Below the pieces are notes generated by a model. It was not told where the DNA came from. It made no database searches and saw only the letters and a program-made list of their open reading frames with translations. A program made the position numbers and the translations under genes. DNA of 64,000 nt, from contig CAMPYH010000002.1 in NCBI GenBank assembly GCA_946998225.1, positions 121,598 to 185,597 on the forward strand, in the 5' to 3' direction. Below are positions 39,486 to 49,300 of this stretch, one piece after another. This DNA comes from an uncultured Clostridiaceae bacterium (GTDB lineage Bacteria; Bacillota; Clostridia; TANB77; CAG-508). Every line of letters starts with the position of its first letter. Positions within the stretch are counted from its first letter, which is position 1.

Positions 39486-40523
39486 TTATAAATTACATTC
39501 ACCTATTGCATCTTTTACAGCTTTAACTGAAAGATCCATTTGTTTTTTCTCTATACTATTAAGATCTATCTCTATAACTTTCCTTACTCCGCTTCCATCA
39601 ATAATTGCTGGTGATCCTATAAAAAGATCACTATGACCATAATGTCCGTCTAAATAGCAAGATATTGGAAGTATGCTTCCTTGATCATTAAGTATTGTTT
39701 TACATATCTTAGTCATACTCATAGCAATTCCATAATATGTTGCACCTTTTTTATTTATAATCTCATATGCTGCATTTTTAACATTATGGAATATTTGATC
39801 AAGTTCTTTCATTGTACTTTCTTTTTCATTTTCTTCAAGCCATTTTGTAAGCGGAACACCTGCAATATTTGTTTGTGACCAACAAGGAAATTCTGTATCT
39901 CCATGTTCCCCTAATATATATCCATGAATATTTCTTGTATCTATATTTAACTTTTCTGCAATTTCTCTTCTTAATCTTGCTGTATCTAGTGTAGTTCCTG
40001 TACCAATAACTTTTTCTTTAGGAAATCCACTAATTTTCCAAGTAGCATATGTTAAAACATCTACTGGATTTGTAGCTATTAAAAATATTCCTTTAAATCC
40101 TGATTCAACTATTTTAGTAATTATATCTTTAAATACAATAATATTATTATTCAAAAGATCCATTCTTGTTTCACCAGGTTTTTGTGGAACTCCTGCTGCT
40201 ATTGCTACAATTTCTGCATCTTCACAATCTTTAAATTCAGCTCTATATATTTTCTTAGGTCTTGTATATGCAACAGCATTAGAAAGATCCATTGCATCAC
40301 CTTCAGCTCTTTCTTCATTTATGTCTATTATACCTATTTCTCTTGCTGCATCTTGTGCAACCAAAGTATAAGCAAAAGATGAGCCTACCGCTCCATCTCC
40401 TACTATTATTATTTTGCCTCTTTTTTTTCTTCTATCTTTTTTAATCTCTTCTGTTATTTCTTTTTTTATTTCGTCTTTAATTTCTTGTTTTTTATTTTCT
40501 AATTTTTCTAATAAATTTTCCAT
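39486..40523 (-). CDS. ldh: L-lactate dehydrogenase with a roughly 35-aa Lys/Glu-rich N-terminal extension
   Basis: IIIVGDGAVGSS Rossmann motif and GEHGDTE catalytic-loop region. Confidence 0.9.
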   Translation of the reverse strand: MENLLEKLENKKQEIKDEIKKEITEEIKKDRRKKRGKIIIVGDGAVGSSFAYTLVAQDAAREIGIIDINEERAEGDAMDLSNAVAYTRPKKIYRAEFKDCEDAEIVAIAAGVPQKPGETRMDLLNNNIIVFKDIITKIVESGFKGIFLIATNPVDVLTYATWKISGFPKEKVIGTGTTLDTARLRREIAEKLNIDTRNIHGYILGEHGDTEFPCWSQTNIAGVPLTKWLEENEKESTMKELDQIFHNVKNAAYEIINKKGATYYGIAMSMTKICKTILNDQGSILPISCYLDGHYGHSDLFIGSPAIIDGSGVRKVIEIDLNSIEKKQMDLSVKAVKDAIGECNL

Positions 40524-40566
40524 ATTTTTTCTTTCGTATAACTAATTTAATTATTTATTTTTTCTA

Positions 40567-41697
40567 TTATTGCCATAGATTTTCATTTTTTAATTTTTGT
40601 ATGATTTGTTTATGTTCTTCTAAAGTGTTTGTAAAATATATTTTACCGTTTTTATCTGAAACAAAAAACAATGCTGAATTTTGTTTATAATTTAATACTC
40701 CGCTTATTGCTTTTTCAGATGGTGATGCAATAGGACCTACCGGAAGTTTTCCTTCCATATTTGGACCTCTTGTATTAAATTTACCAGGTGTTTGAAGTTG
40801 TGATAATGTAAGTGGCACATTAAGTGGTGTATTTACCTCATAATGTGTTGTAGGATCACTTCCAAGAGACATGTTTTTATTTAATCTATTTATAAATAGT
40901 CCTGCAACAAGTGGTGCATCTTCTAGATGTCTTGCTTCTTTTTCAACAATTGATGCAAGTGTTAAAACTTCATGTGTATTAAATGAAATTTCTTTTAATC
41001 TTTTCTCATGTTTTTTAAGTATTCTACCCATTTCATCTAATGAAAGTTCTATTATTTGTTTTGGTGTTATTAATTCTTTATCAAAGATATATGTATTAGG
41101 TGCTATATATCCTTCTAAAGGATATTTTAAATCTTCATTTAAAATTTCTTTTTCATCTAAAAATGTATATTTTTTACAAAGTTCTTTCATATATTCTTTA
41201 TCTAAAAAAGTCTTTTTCATTTCTTCTTTAGTTATTTTAGTATTTTTTGCAACTGTATCTATAATTTGATCTATTTTATATCCTTCAATTATTGTAAGTT
41301 TTATATCATTTTTAAAAACTTCACCTTTTTTAATCATATCTAAAATCTTTTCAAGACTCATGTCTTTATTTACTTTATATTTTCCTTTGTTAATTAAATT
41401 AACTTTATGTCTTTTTACATATATTTTGTATGCATTTTCATCTTTAATAAGACCATTTTCTTTTAAAATTGTCCCTAACTCTCTTACAGTTGTATTTTCT
41501 TTTATATTAAAGATAACTTCTTTATCTTTATCTTTATTAGTTGGTGTTATTCCGTTTTTATACCAGCCATATGCTCCCAAAACTATTAAAGCTAAAATTA
41601 AAACAATCCCTATAATTATTTTAAAAAACATACCACCTTTTTTTACATCTCTTTTTATTGATTTGAATTCACCATTTTCTACATTAAAATCTTCCAT
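40567..41697 (-). CDS. mltG: Endolytic murein transglycosylase MltG (YceG family)
   Basis: N-terminal TM segment, then SLGSDPTTHY and LPVGPIASPS motifs. The ATG overlaps the upstream stop (TAATG). Confidence 0.85.
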   Translation of the reverse strand: MEDFNVENGEFKSIKRDVKKGGMFFKIIIGIVLILALIVLGAYGWYKNGITPTNKDKDKEVIFNIKENTTVRELGTILKENGLIKDENAYKIYVKRHKVNLINKGKYKVNKDMSLEKILDMIKKGEVFKNDIKLTIIEGYKIDQIIDTVAKNTKITKEEMKKTFLDKEYMKELCKKYTFLDEKEILNEDLKYPLEGYIAPNTYIFDKELITPKQIIELSLDEMGRILKKHEKRLKEISFNTHEVLTLASIVEKEARHLEDAPLVAGLFINRLNKNMSLGSDPTTHYEVNTPLNVPLTLSQLQTPGKFNTRGPNMEGKLPVGPIASPSEKAISGVLNYKQNSALFFVSDKNGKIYFTNTLEEHKQIIQKLKNENLWQ

Positions 41698-42677
41698 TAT
41701 TTATTTTCTTTCTTTATTTTATTTTTATCTTTTTTTATCTTCTTTGCTTTTTTAGTCTTTGTATTATGTGCTAAATATGTAAGAAGATATGTAACTATAG
41801 ATATTACATAATATATACCAAGTACAACAAGCATCGAAGTTGCTTTTAGTCCATTTATATTTACAAGCCATACTATCATTACAATAAATATAGTATATAT
41901 ATTCATTAATAATATATCTATAGGTAAAATATTTCTTAATAATTTCTTTTCATTTTTTTCATCATATAGTCCAAGTGATTTTCGGTAGTTTACTCCATTT
42001 TTATTAAATAATTTTATTCTTGCTTGTGATGAAATTATTATAACAATTATTAGCATTATGCTATTTATTAAAATATTGTCTACATTTTCTTTGAAAAGAA
42101 TTTTATTATTTTTAAAATCTATAAATTCTAATTTTAAATTTTCTGGAGTTTTACTTATTTTATCTATTCTGTTTTCTAAATCATCTAAATATTTATTTTG
42201 TCCTTTTTCGCCTTTTTCATATTTTTTAGAATAGTCTCCTAAATGAAGATTTTCATATCCAAAACCTTCAAAAATTGCTCCCACTGAAACACCAGACATT
42301 TTTTCACGAGATATTCCATAATGTTCAACTATTTTAGGCATAGATTTTAAATTGCTTTCTGCTGTATGAAAGAATTCTTTTTCTAAACCTTCCTGAATAA
42401 TATATACAGCTTGCACTCTACCTCTGTTTAGATTAACATAGCTATCTGCTTCATTTGAATATTCTAAAACATTAGCTTTTTTACCAAGTGCTTTTTTAAC
42501 TATTTTAGACAGTCTTGAATTGTCTTTATCTATAACAATTATATCTGTTTTATATTTATTAAAATTCTCATTATATATTTTCTTTCTTACACACATTCCC
42601 ATTATCATTGTAAATATTAAAAGGATTAATATATATGGAGTATATTTTTTATATAAATTTAAATATGTTTTTCTCAT
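41697..42677 (-). CDS. ABC-2-like membrane protein (N-terminal TM, extracytoplasmic domain, 3 C-terminal TM)
   Basis: 326 aa with a DIIVIDKDNS...NLNRGRVQAVYIIQEGLEKEF region, typical of ABC-2 permease ectodomains. RBS GGAGGAG, and a TAATG overlap with the upstream gene. Confidence 0.5.
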   Translation of the reverse strand: MRKTYLNLYKKYTPYILILLIFTMIMGMCVRKKIYNENFNKYKTDIIVIDKDNSRLSKIVKKALGKKANVLEYSNEADSYVNLNRGRVQAVYIIQEGLEKEFFHTAESNLKSMPKIVEHYGISREKMSGVSVGAIFEGFGYENLHLGDYSKKYEKGEKGQNKYLDDLENRIDKISKTPENLKLEFIDFKNNKILFKENVDNILINSIMLIIVIIISSQARIKLFNKNGVNYRKSLGLYDEKNEKKLLRNILPIDILLMNIYTIFIVMIVWLVNINGLKATSMLVVLGIYYVISIVTYLLTYLAHNTKTKKAKKIKKDKNKIKKENK

Positions 42678-44440
42678 TATTTCTCCTCCATCTTAATCTT
42701 TTTTATTTTTATATTAAATGCAATTATCCAAATAATACTTAAAACTACACCATATGCAAAAATTGCTAAAATATTACTAAATCCTACTCCTGTATTTCCC
42801 ATTAGTCTAAATAAATACATTCCATTTATATATAAATACATTGGATTAAGTCTTGCTATATATATAGTAAGCACATTTGTATATATTGAAGCAAAAGATA
42901 ATACTAAAAATAATACTGCAATTAATGTGTATACTATATTTTTAGTTTTAACATTTTTCTTATACATAATATTATTAAATACAAATGCAAATTTTGTAGT
43001 AAATAGTGTATATACTAGTATCATTAGCATTACTGTATATTTTGTATATTTTTCAAAATATCTATATATATCTGTTTTTAAATATTCCACTAACTTATTA
43101 ATCTCAAATCTATGATTTTCTGAAACCATTATTCCTAAAGATATTTTTAAAACAGATTCTAGTATGAAATAAAATACTATAGCAAATACTAGATTCATTA
43201 AAAATGCAAATAAAAAGCTTTTATATTCTCTTTTAAATAATTTTACCTTTTTAACATTTCTTAATACATTATTTTTTGTGCTTTGAATTTGTTCTTTTTG
43301 ATCTAAATATTTTATATTTAATATTCCTTGCATAAATATCATAAATGCTAAAAGAGATACAAATATATATATTCTATTTCCATTGTTTATTTTATAAAAT
43401 AATTCTTTATATTTCTTTTCTTGTTCTTGTTTTTGCTCTTGTTTAATTTTGTCTTCTATTGCTTTTTGCTTTTTATATTTTTCATATTTTTCTTTTTCTT
43501 CTTTAGAAAGTTTTGATTCATCTATTTCTGTTTCTTTTTGTTTTATTTTACTTAAATCTAAAGGTTCATTAGCATTTACAAATTTCATACTATGATGATC
43601 ATTATGTTTTGCTTGAATTTCCATTTGATTTATTTGTTCTTCTGTTGGTATATTTTGTTTTAAAGTTTCTTTTTTATTTTTATATTGAAGTCTTTGATAT
43701 TCTTGCATAATATCTTTTACTTTATATGGATCTTTTCCATTTTCTTTAACTTCATCATTTATGTATTTTACATACTTTTCTTCTAATTTATTTCCAAGCA
43801 TCATAAATGGTGTCTCATAACTTACATCTGCTAAATAATTTATTGGCATACCAGGAATCATGAATCTTTTAAACTTGTTTTTCTCAAATTCATCCATTAC
43901 TTCTTTTTGTGGTTTAGTAGTTAAAAGTTCTCTTTTAAAATCTGCATCTTTAATTAATGACTCTATATAATCTTTAAAAAGAAAAGTGTTTTCACTAACT
44001 CTACTACTTACAAGTTTAATACTCATTTTTTCACCAAGTTCTTCCTCTGTAAGTACTTTTTTATCTCCTGTTGTATATGCTTCTATATTCTTATTTATGT
44101 TTTTTAAATCTCTTTCTTTAACATAAAGGTACATATCTATATTACCTTTACCTAAATCATCTTTAGCTTCTTCTTCAGCATCATATCTAATATAATAGAT
44201 AAATGGCATTTCTAGATAGCTTGCATTTTTTGAAATGGAAACTAATGCCTCTACCATATTATCATCTTTTTGTATTGCTTCATTAAATACAATACCAATT
44301 TTTGCTATATCCATTTTTTTGCCAAATACATTATTAGAATAAATATTTGCAAGTATAACTAATAATATTGGTATAAAAAGAAAATATGTCCAAATTTTCT
44401 TATCTTTAAAATATATTTTTAATTCTTTCACATCAACCAC
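42677..44440 (-). CDS. ABC-2-like membrane protein (N-terminal TM, large ectodomain, about 6 C-terminal TM)
   Basis: 587 aa. The likely true start is the second GTG at 44431, 5 nt after an AAGGTGG SD. Confidence 0.5.
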   Translation of the reverse strand: MVDVKELKIYFKDKKIWTYFLFIPILLVILANIYSNNVFGKKMDIAKIGIVFNEAIQKDDNMVEALVSISKNASYLEMPFIYYIRYDAEEEAKDDLGKGNIDMYLYVKERDLKNINKNIEAYTTGDKKVLTEEELGEKMSIKLVSSRVSENTFLFKDYIESLIKDADFKRELLTTKPQKEVMDEFEKNKFKRFMIPGMPINYLADVSYETPFMMLGNKLEEKYVKYINDEVKENGKDPYKVKDIMQEYQRLQYKNKKETLKQNIPTEEQINQMEIQAKHNDHHSMKFVNANEPLDLSKIKQKETEIDESKLSKEEKEKYEKYKKQKAIEDKIKQEQKQEQEKKYKELFYKINNGNRIYIFVSLLAFMIFMQGILNIKYLDQKEQIQSTKNNVLRNVKKVKLFKREYKSFLFAFLMNLVFAIVFYFILESVLKISLGIMVSENHRFEINKLVEYLKTDIYRYFEKYTKYTVMLMILVYTLFTTKFAFVFNNIMYKKNVKTKNIVYTLIAVLFLVLSFASIYTNVLTIYIARLNPMYLYINGMYLFRLMGNTGVGFSNILAIFAYGVVLSIIWIIAFNIKIKKIKMEEK

Positions 44441-44441
44441 C

Positions 44442-45170
44442 TTATTTTACTTCTACTATTTTTTCACTATCTAATATTTCATCTTTATTTGTTGTTAAAT
44501 ATATTAATTTGAATTCTAATTCTTTTGAAAGTTTTCTTAAAAGAGCTAGCTCTAATTTTCTTTCTTCATTAGTTAAATTTAAATCATTATATACAAATAG
44601 ATAATCCGGATTTAAAGTTAAAGCATTTGCGATATTAACTTTTCTAAGTGTAAAATCACTTAAGCTTTTCATTTTCATTTTTCTTAAATCTTCAATTTCC
44701 ATTTTAGATATAATTGAATCTACATTTTCTACAACATCACCATAATTCATTGAAAGTAGTTCTAGTGTATAATCTAAAGTTTCTTCTACAGTAAAGTTTT
44801 TAATATAATTAAATTTTGATTCAACTATATTAAATCTCTCACATTTATTATCCTCATTTTTCTTGAAATTAATTATCGCTTTTTCAAAGAAATAATTATT
44901 ATCTTTCATATTAGGTCCATAAACCGCTATATTTTTATTTCCTTCTCCAAAGATATTTTCATTATTTTCTTCTACATTTTTAACTTCTGCTTTTTTAATT
45001 TCTACTTTATTTTCTTTTTTTGTATCTTTTTCTTTTATATCGTTTTTTAAATCTTTTTCTATATTTTTATTTTCTTTATTTACTTTATTTTTTTCTTTTG
45101 TATTTTGTTTTTTATTCTCTTTTTTAACGTCTTTTTTAACTTCTTTTTTAGTTTCTTTTTTGTTTTTCAC
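44442..45170 (-). CDS. Degenerate (predicted catalytically dead) ABC nucleotide-binding-domain protein with a Lys-rich N-terminal tail
   Basis: GTG start with a GGAGAG SD. NBD-like order of motifs, but all are mutated: GPNMKDNN (Walker A), LSDFT (signature), LFVYND (Walker B) and TTN (H-loop). Confidence 0.6.
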   Translation of the reverse strand: MKNKKETKKEVKKDVKKENKKQNTKEKNKVNKENKNIEKDLKNDIKEKDTKKENKVEIKKAEVKNVEENNENIFGEGNKNIAVYGPNMKDNNYFFEKAIINFKKNEDNKCERFNIVESKFNYIKNFTVEETLDYTLELLSMNYGDVVENVDSIISKMEIEDLRKMKMKSLSDFTLRKVNIANALTLNPDYLFVYNDLNLTNEERKLELALLRKLSKELEFKLIYLTTNKDEILDSEKIVEVK

Positions 45171-45241
45171 TTGGCTCTCCTTATATAAAATTTAATTATA
45201 ATATATCAAAAGCTTTAATCTAATTCAAATGGAAAATAAAA

Positions 45242-45267
45242 AAGTAAGGTTTATTAAAACCTTACTT
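45242..45267 (-). terminator. Intrinsic terminator overlapping the stop of the 156-aa gene
   Basis: 10-bp stem AAGTAAGGTT / AACCTTACTT followed by a TTTTATTTTCC tail on the minus strand. Confidence 0.7.
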
Positions 45268-45732
45268 AATTAAGATAGAAATTAAATATATCGCTGTTAT
45301 AATAAACAGTCCTGTAAGTTCAATAGACGTTAATATTAGCTCAATATTTAATACTAAAAAATAATTTTTTTCTGCCTCTAGTGTTTCTTTAGAATAAAAT
45401 AATGCATCTTCCTCTATTAGATTTCTTAGTACCACATCCATGTGTCTTACGTGTAAATCTAAACAAGAAATAAAGGATATATATAATAGATATTCAACTA
45501 TTAAAACAACTCTATCCATATAATGTGTATAAAGCAAAAAAGCTATAATAAACAACATTGTATATAAAACAAAGTTTACTAAAATAATTCCTTTAATAAG
45601 TTTATACCTATTTACATCCACACTATAATGCTTTGAGTCAGCAAACATTTTTTTAATATAAATCCTATTTGCTACATCCAAAAATCCTACTGCAAGCAGA
45701 AAAACAAACATTGCAAAATTCAAACAAATCAC
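45262..45732 (-). CDS. Hypothetical small polytopic membrane protein (about 4 TM)
   Basis: 156 aa with hydrophobic segments at both ends. No family recognised. Confidence 0.5.
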   Translation of the reverse strand: MICLNFAMFVFLLAVGFLDVANRIYIKKMFADSKHYSVDVNRYKLIKGIILVNFVLYTMLFIIAFLLYTHYMDRVVLIVEYLLYISFISCLDLHVRHMDVVLRNLIEEDALFYSKETLEAEKNYFLVLNIELILTSIELTGLFIITAIYLISILIK

Positions 45733-45819
45733 CCCTTTAAATAAATCTATTCCAAAGTATTAATCGAATAATCTTATTATACTTAATTTTATAGTTTTTT
45801 ACAATTTTTATGAAAATAA

Positions 45820-45839
45820 AAAGCACCTACCGGTGCTTT
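45820..45839 (-). terminator. Intrinsic terminator overlapping the stop of the 145-aa gene
   Basis: AAAGCACC / GGTGCTTT stem with loop TACC and a TTTTATTTTC tail. Confidence 0.7.
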
Positions 45840-46275
45840 AAAAACCTTCAAAAAGCTTTTCGATTGTTAAAGATACTATAAAGAAATATCCAATTAAAAG
45901 AAGAGCTATTGTAGCTATTTGTATAACAATTGTTAGCATTTTTATTTCATCTTTAAATGGTTTTATTCGTCTTTTCCTACTATAATTCATTACACTTTCT
46001 TCAGATAGATCAAATAGCTTAAGAAGAGCTATAAACACAATTAATTGCAAGATTACAAAAACTGTAAGCTCCACCTTTCGTTCCATAAGTATTGTTAAAA
46101 CTGCCATTACAAAAATCATTATATTCAATATATCTTGTGTCATCGAAATATTTACTTTTGTTTCTGATCTGTTTTTATCTGAGATTAAACTGTTTAAATA
46201 CCTAAATCCTATTCTAAGTATTATTATAAGCACACCATAAATTATGGTATAAAAATTGCTAAGCTTTTGAAACAT
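45838..46275 (-). CDS. Hypothetical small polytopic membrane protein (about 4 TM)
   Basis: 145 aa with RBS GGGGTGATAATATG. No family recognised. Confidence 0.5.
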   Translation of the reverse strand: MFQKLSNFYTIIYGVLIIILRIGFRYLNSLISDKNRSETKVNISMTQDILNIMIFVMAVLTILMERKVELTVFVILQLIVFIALLKLFDLSEESVMNYSRKRRIKPFKDEIKMLTIVIQIATIALLLIGYFFIVSLTIEKLFEGF

Positions 46276-46360
46276 ATTATCACCCCTATCATTAAATCTA
46301 ACAATATTAATAAATTATATTCCTTTAAAATCATATATCTATATTATATCTTACTTTTCC

Positions 46361-49300
46361 CTATAGTTCAAAAAAAGATATTTGATTAGACTCTGGAAGG
46401 CCTTCTAATGCTCCTGCTTTAGATAGCAGTTCTATAATTGAATCACCTATTTTAGCTTTTTCTCTTAGCATATCTCTTGTTGTAAATTTCAAGTTTTGTT
46501 TTATTCTTTCTTGTGCCGCTTCATATATTCCAAAAGATGCTTTTTCTCCAAGCCCAGGTAGAGCTGAAAATGGCATTCTTATTCCATCTTCTTCTATTAA
46601 AAAGTTTTTATAATGTGATTTGTATAAATCTACTGGTAAAAACTTAATACCTCTTCTGTACATTTCAATTACTATATCAAAAATTACCAGCATATTTTTT
46701 TCAACATCTGAAAGTTTTGGTTTGTTAATAAGTTCCATATAATTTTCAAGAACTGTAAAATATTCACCACTCATTAAAAATCCATCAAAATCTTTACCTT
46801 TAACAGATAGAAATGTTGCATAATATGCTTTAGGATAATTAACCTTATACCAAGCAATTTGAAAAGCTGCAGTAACATAAGCAGCAGCATGTGCTTTAGG
46901 GAACATGTATCTAATTTTCTTACATGAATCGATATACCAATCTGGAACATTATGTTCTCTCATCATTGCTTCTTGATCATCAGTTAATCCTCTTCCTTTT
47001 CTTACAGATTCCATTATCTTAAATGAATTTGCATGTGGCACACCTTTATTAATTAAATACACCATTATATCGTCTCTTGTACATATTGCATCTTTAAGTG
47101 TACATATACCTTCATTTATTAATTCTTCTGCATTCCCAAGCCAAACATTTGTACCATGAGATAATCCAGATATTCTAATAAGCTCATCAAATGTAGTAGG
47201 TCTTGTCTTTCTAAGCATTTCTTGAACAAAATTTGTACCAAATTCTGGTATTCCTTTTGTTCCTACATCATTTGGTATTTTTCTAATATCTAATGGATAT
47301 TTTTCCTCATCTATATTAAGTACATTATTTGCTGAAAATAAAGACATCGTAGTTTTATCATCAAGTGGTATATCTTTTGGCGCCACCTTCGTTATATCTT
47401 CAAGCATTCTAAGTATTGTTGGATTATCATGACCTAAAATATCAAGTTTTAAAAGATTGTGTTCTATTGCATGGTAATCAAAATGTGTAGTTATAATATC
47501 TACATCCATATTATCTGCAGGTCTTTGTATTGGAGTAAACTCATTTATCTCTCTTCCAGCAGGTAGTACTATAATTCCTCCCGGGTGTTGTCCTGTACTT
47601 GCTTTTACATCCTTACAACCCAAAGATATTCTTTCTATTTCAGGTTTTGTTAAATGCTTGTCTTTTTCTTCAAAGAAGTGTTTAGTATATCCATATGCTG
47701 TTTTTTCTGCAATTGTACCTATTGTTCCTGCTTTATATGTTTCTCCATCACCAATAAGCTCTAGGGTATAATTATGTGCAATAGCTTGATACTCGCTTGA
47801 GAAATTAAGATCTATATCTGGTTCTTTGTCTCCACTAAATCCTAAAAATGTTTCAAAAGGTATGTTCATTCCATCTTTTCTAAGTTTTGTTCCACATTTA
47901 GGACATACTTTATCTGGAAGGTCATAACCATTTGCCGCTACATCTGAAAATTCAGAGTATTTACAATTTGGACAAATATAATGTGGTGGGAGTGAATTTA
48001 TTTCAGATATTCCAGCCATATATGCTACAAGTGATGATCCTACAGATCCACGAGATCCTACCATATATCCATCATCATTAGATTTTTTAACCAGTTTATG
48101 TGCTAAAATATACAGTACGGCAAACTCATTAGAAATTATTGAATGAAGTTCTGTATCTATTCTCTCCTTAATTAATTTTGGAATTTCATCTCCATATATT
48201 CTTTTAGCTTTAGTCATAACAAGTTCAGTTAATTCTTTATCACTACCATCAATTCTTGGAGGACATTTTTCAGGACTTATTGGAACTACCTTTTCACACA
48301 TATCCATAATTTTTATTGGATTATCTATTACAATTTCTTCTGCTTTTTCTTGTCCTAAATATTTGAATGCATTTATCATCTCATTTGTTGTTCTAAAATA
48401 TACTTCTGGTTGAATATCTGCATCTCTTTGTTTTTTACCAGTTTTAATTATTTCTCTATATATTTTATCTTCTTTATCTAATAAATATACATCACCTGTT
48501 GCAGCAACTATCTTACCTAAGCTTTCTGCAAGTGAAATAATATATTTATTTATTTCAGCCCATTGATTTTCATCTTTAATATTTTGTTCTCTTTTTAATG
48601 CAAGTGCATTTTCAAATGGGACAACTTCTATAAAATCATAAAAGCTCATTATATCTAATATTTCTTTTTCAGACTTACCAGATATTACAGCTTCATATAC
48701 TTCTCCATTTATTCCGCCACTACCTAAGATTAATCCTTCCAAGTGATTTGTTAATATACTTCTTAATATTCTTGCTTTTATGTAAAAATACTTAACATGT
48801 GAAAAACTTACTAGTCTATATAAATTCAAAAGTCCTTTTTGGTTTTGAGCAAATATAGTTATTCTATGTGTTCTTAATCTTTGGTATACTCCATCGTCTA
48901 CTTCGTAATTTTTAGAAAAATCTTCCCAGGTATCCACTCCTTTTTCTTCTATTCTTTTAAACATTTTTCTAGTAACTGCAATCATTGTTTCAACGTCATC
49001 TACAGCTCTATGGGCAACATCAACAGTTATATTAAAGAAGTTTGCAATTCTTCCTAATGTATATCTTTTGATCTCTGGTATTAATATTTGTGAAAGTCTT
49101 AATGTGTCTAAATATGTATTATCTAACACTTTTCCTATATGCTTTTCTACATTATATCTCAAAAATCCAATATCAAAGTCTGCATTGTGTGCAACTAAAA
49201 TACTATCACCAATAAAATCATAAAAATCTGAAATAACAGTTTTTATATCTGGTGCATTTTTAACCATCTCATTAGTTATTTTTGTTATATCTATAATCTC

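Noticed and set aside
39486-40523. Idea that the LDH N-terminal extension is an annotation artefact
   Set aside because: There is no in-frame ATG, GTG or TTG between the annotated ATG and the Rossmann motif. The only candidates are ATA codons after an AGAGG, which are very unlikely starts. I retained the long form and flagged the issue as a finding instead.
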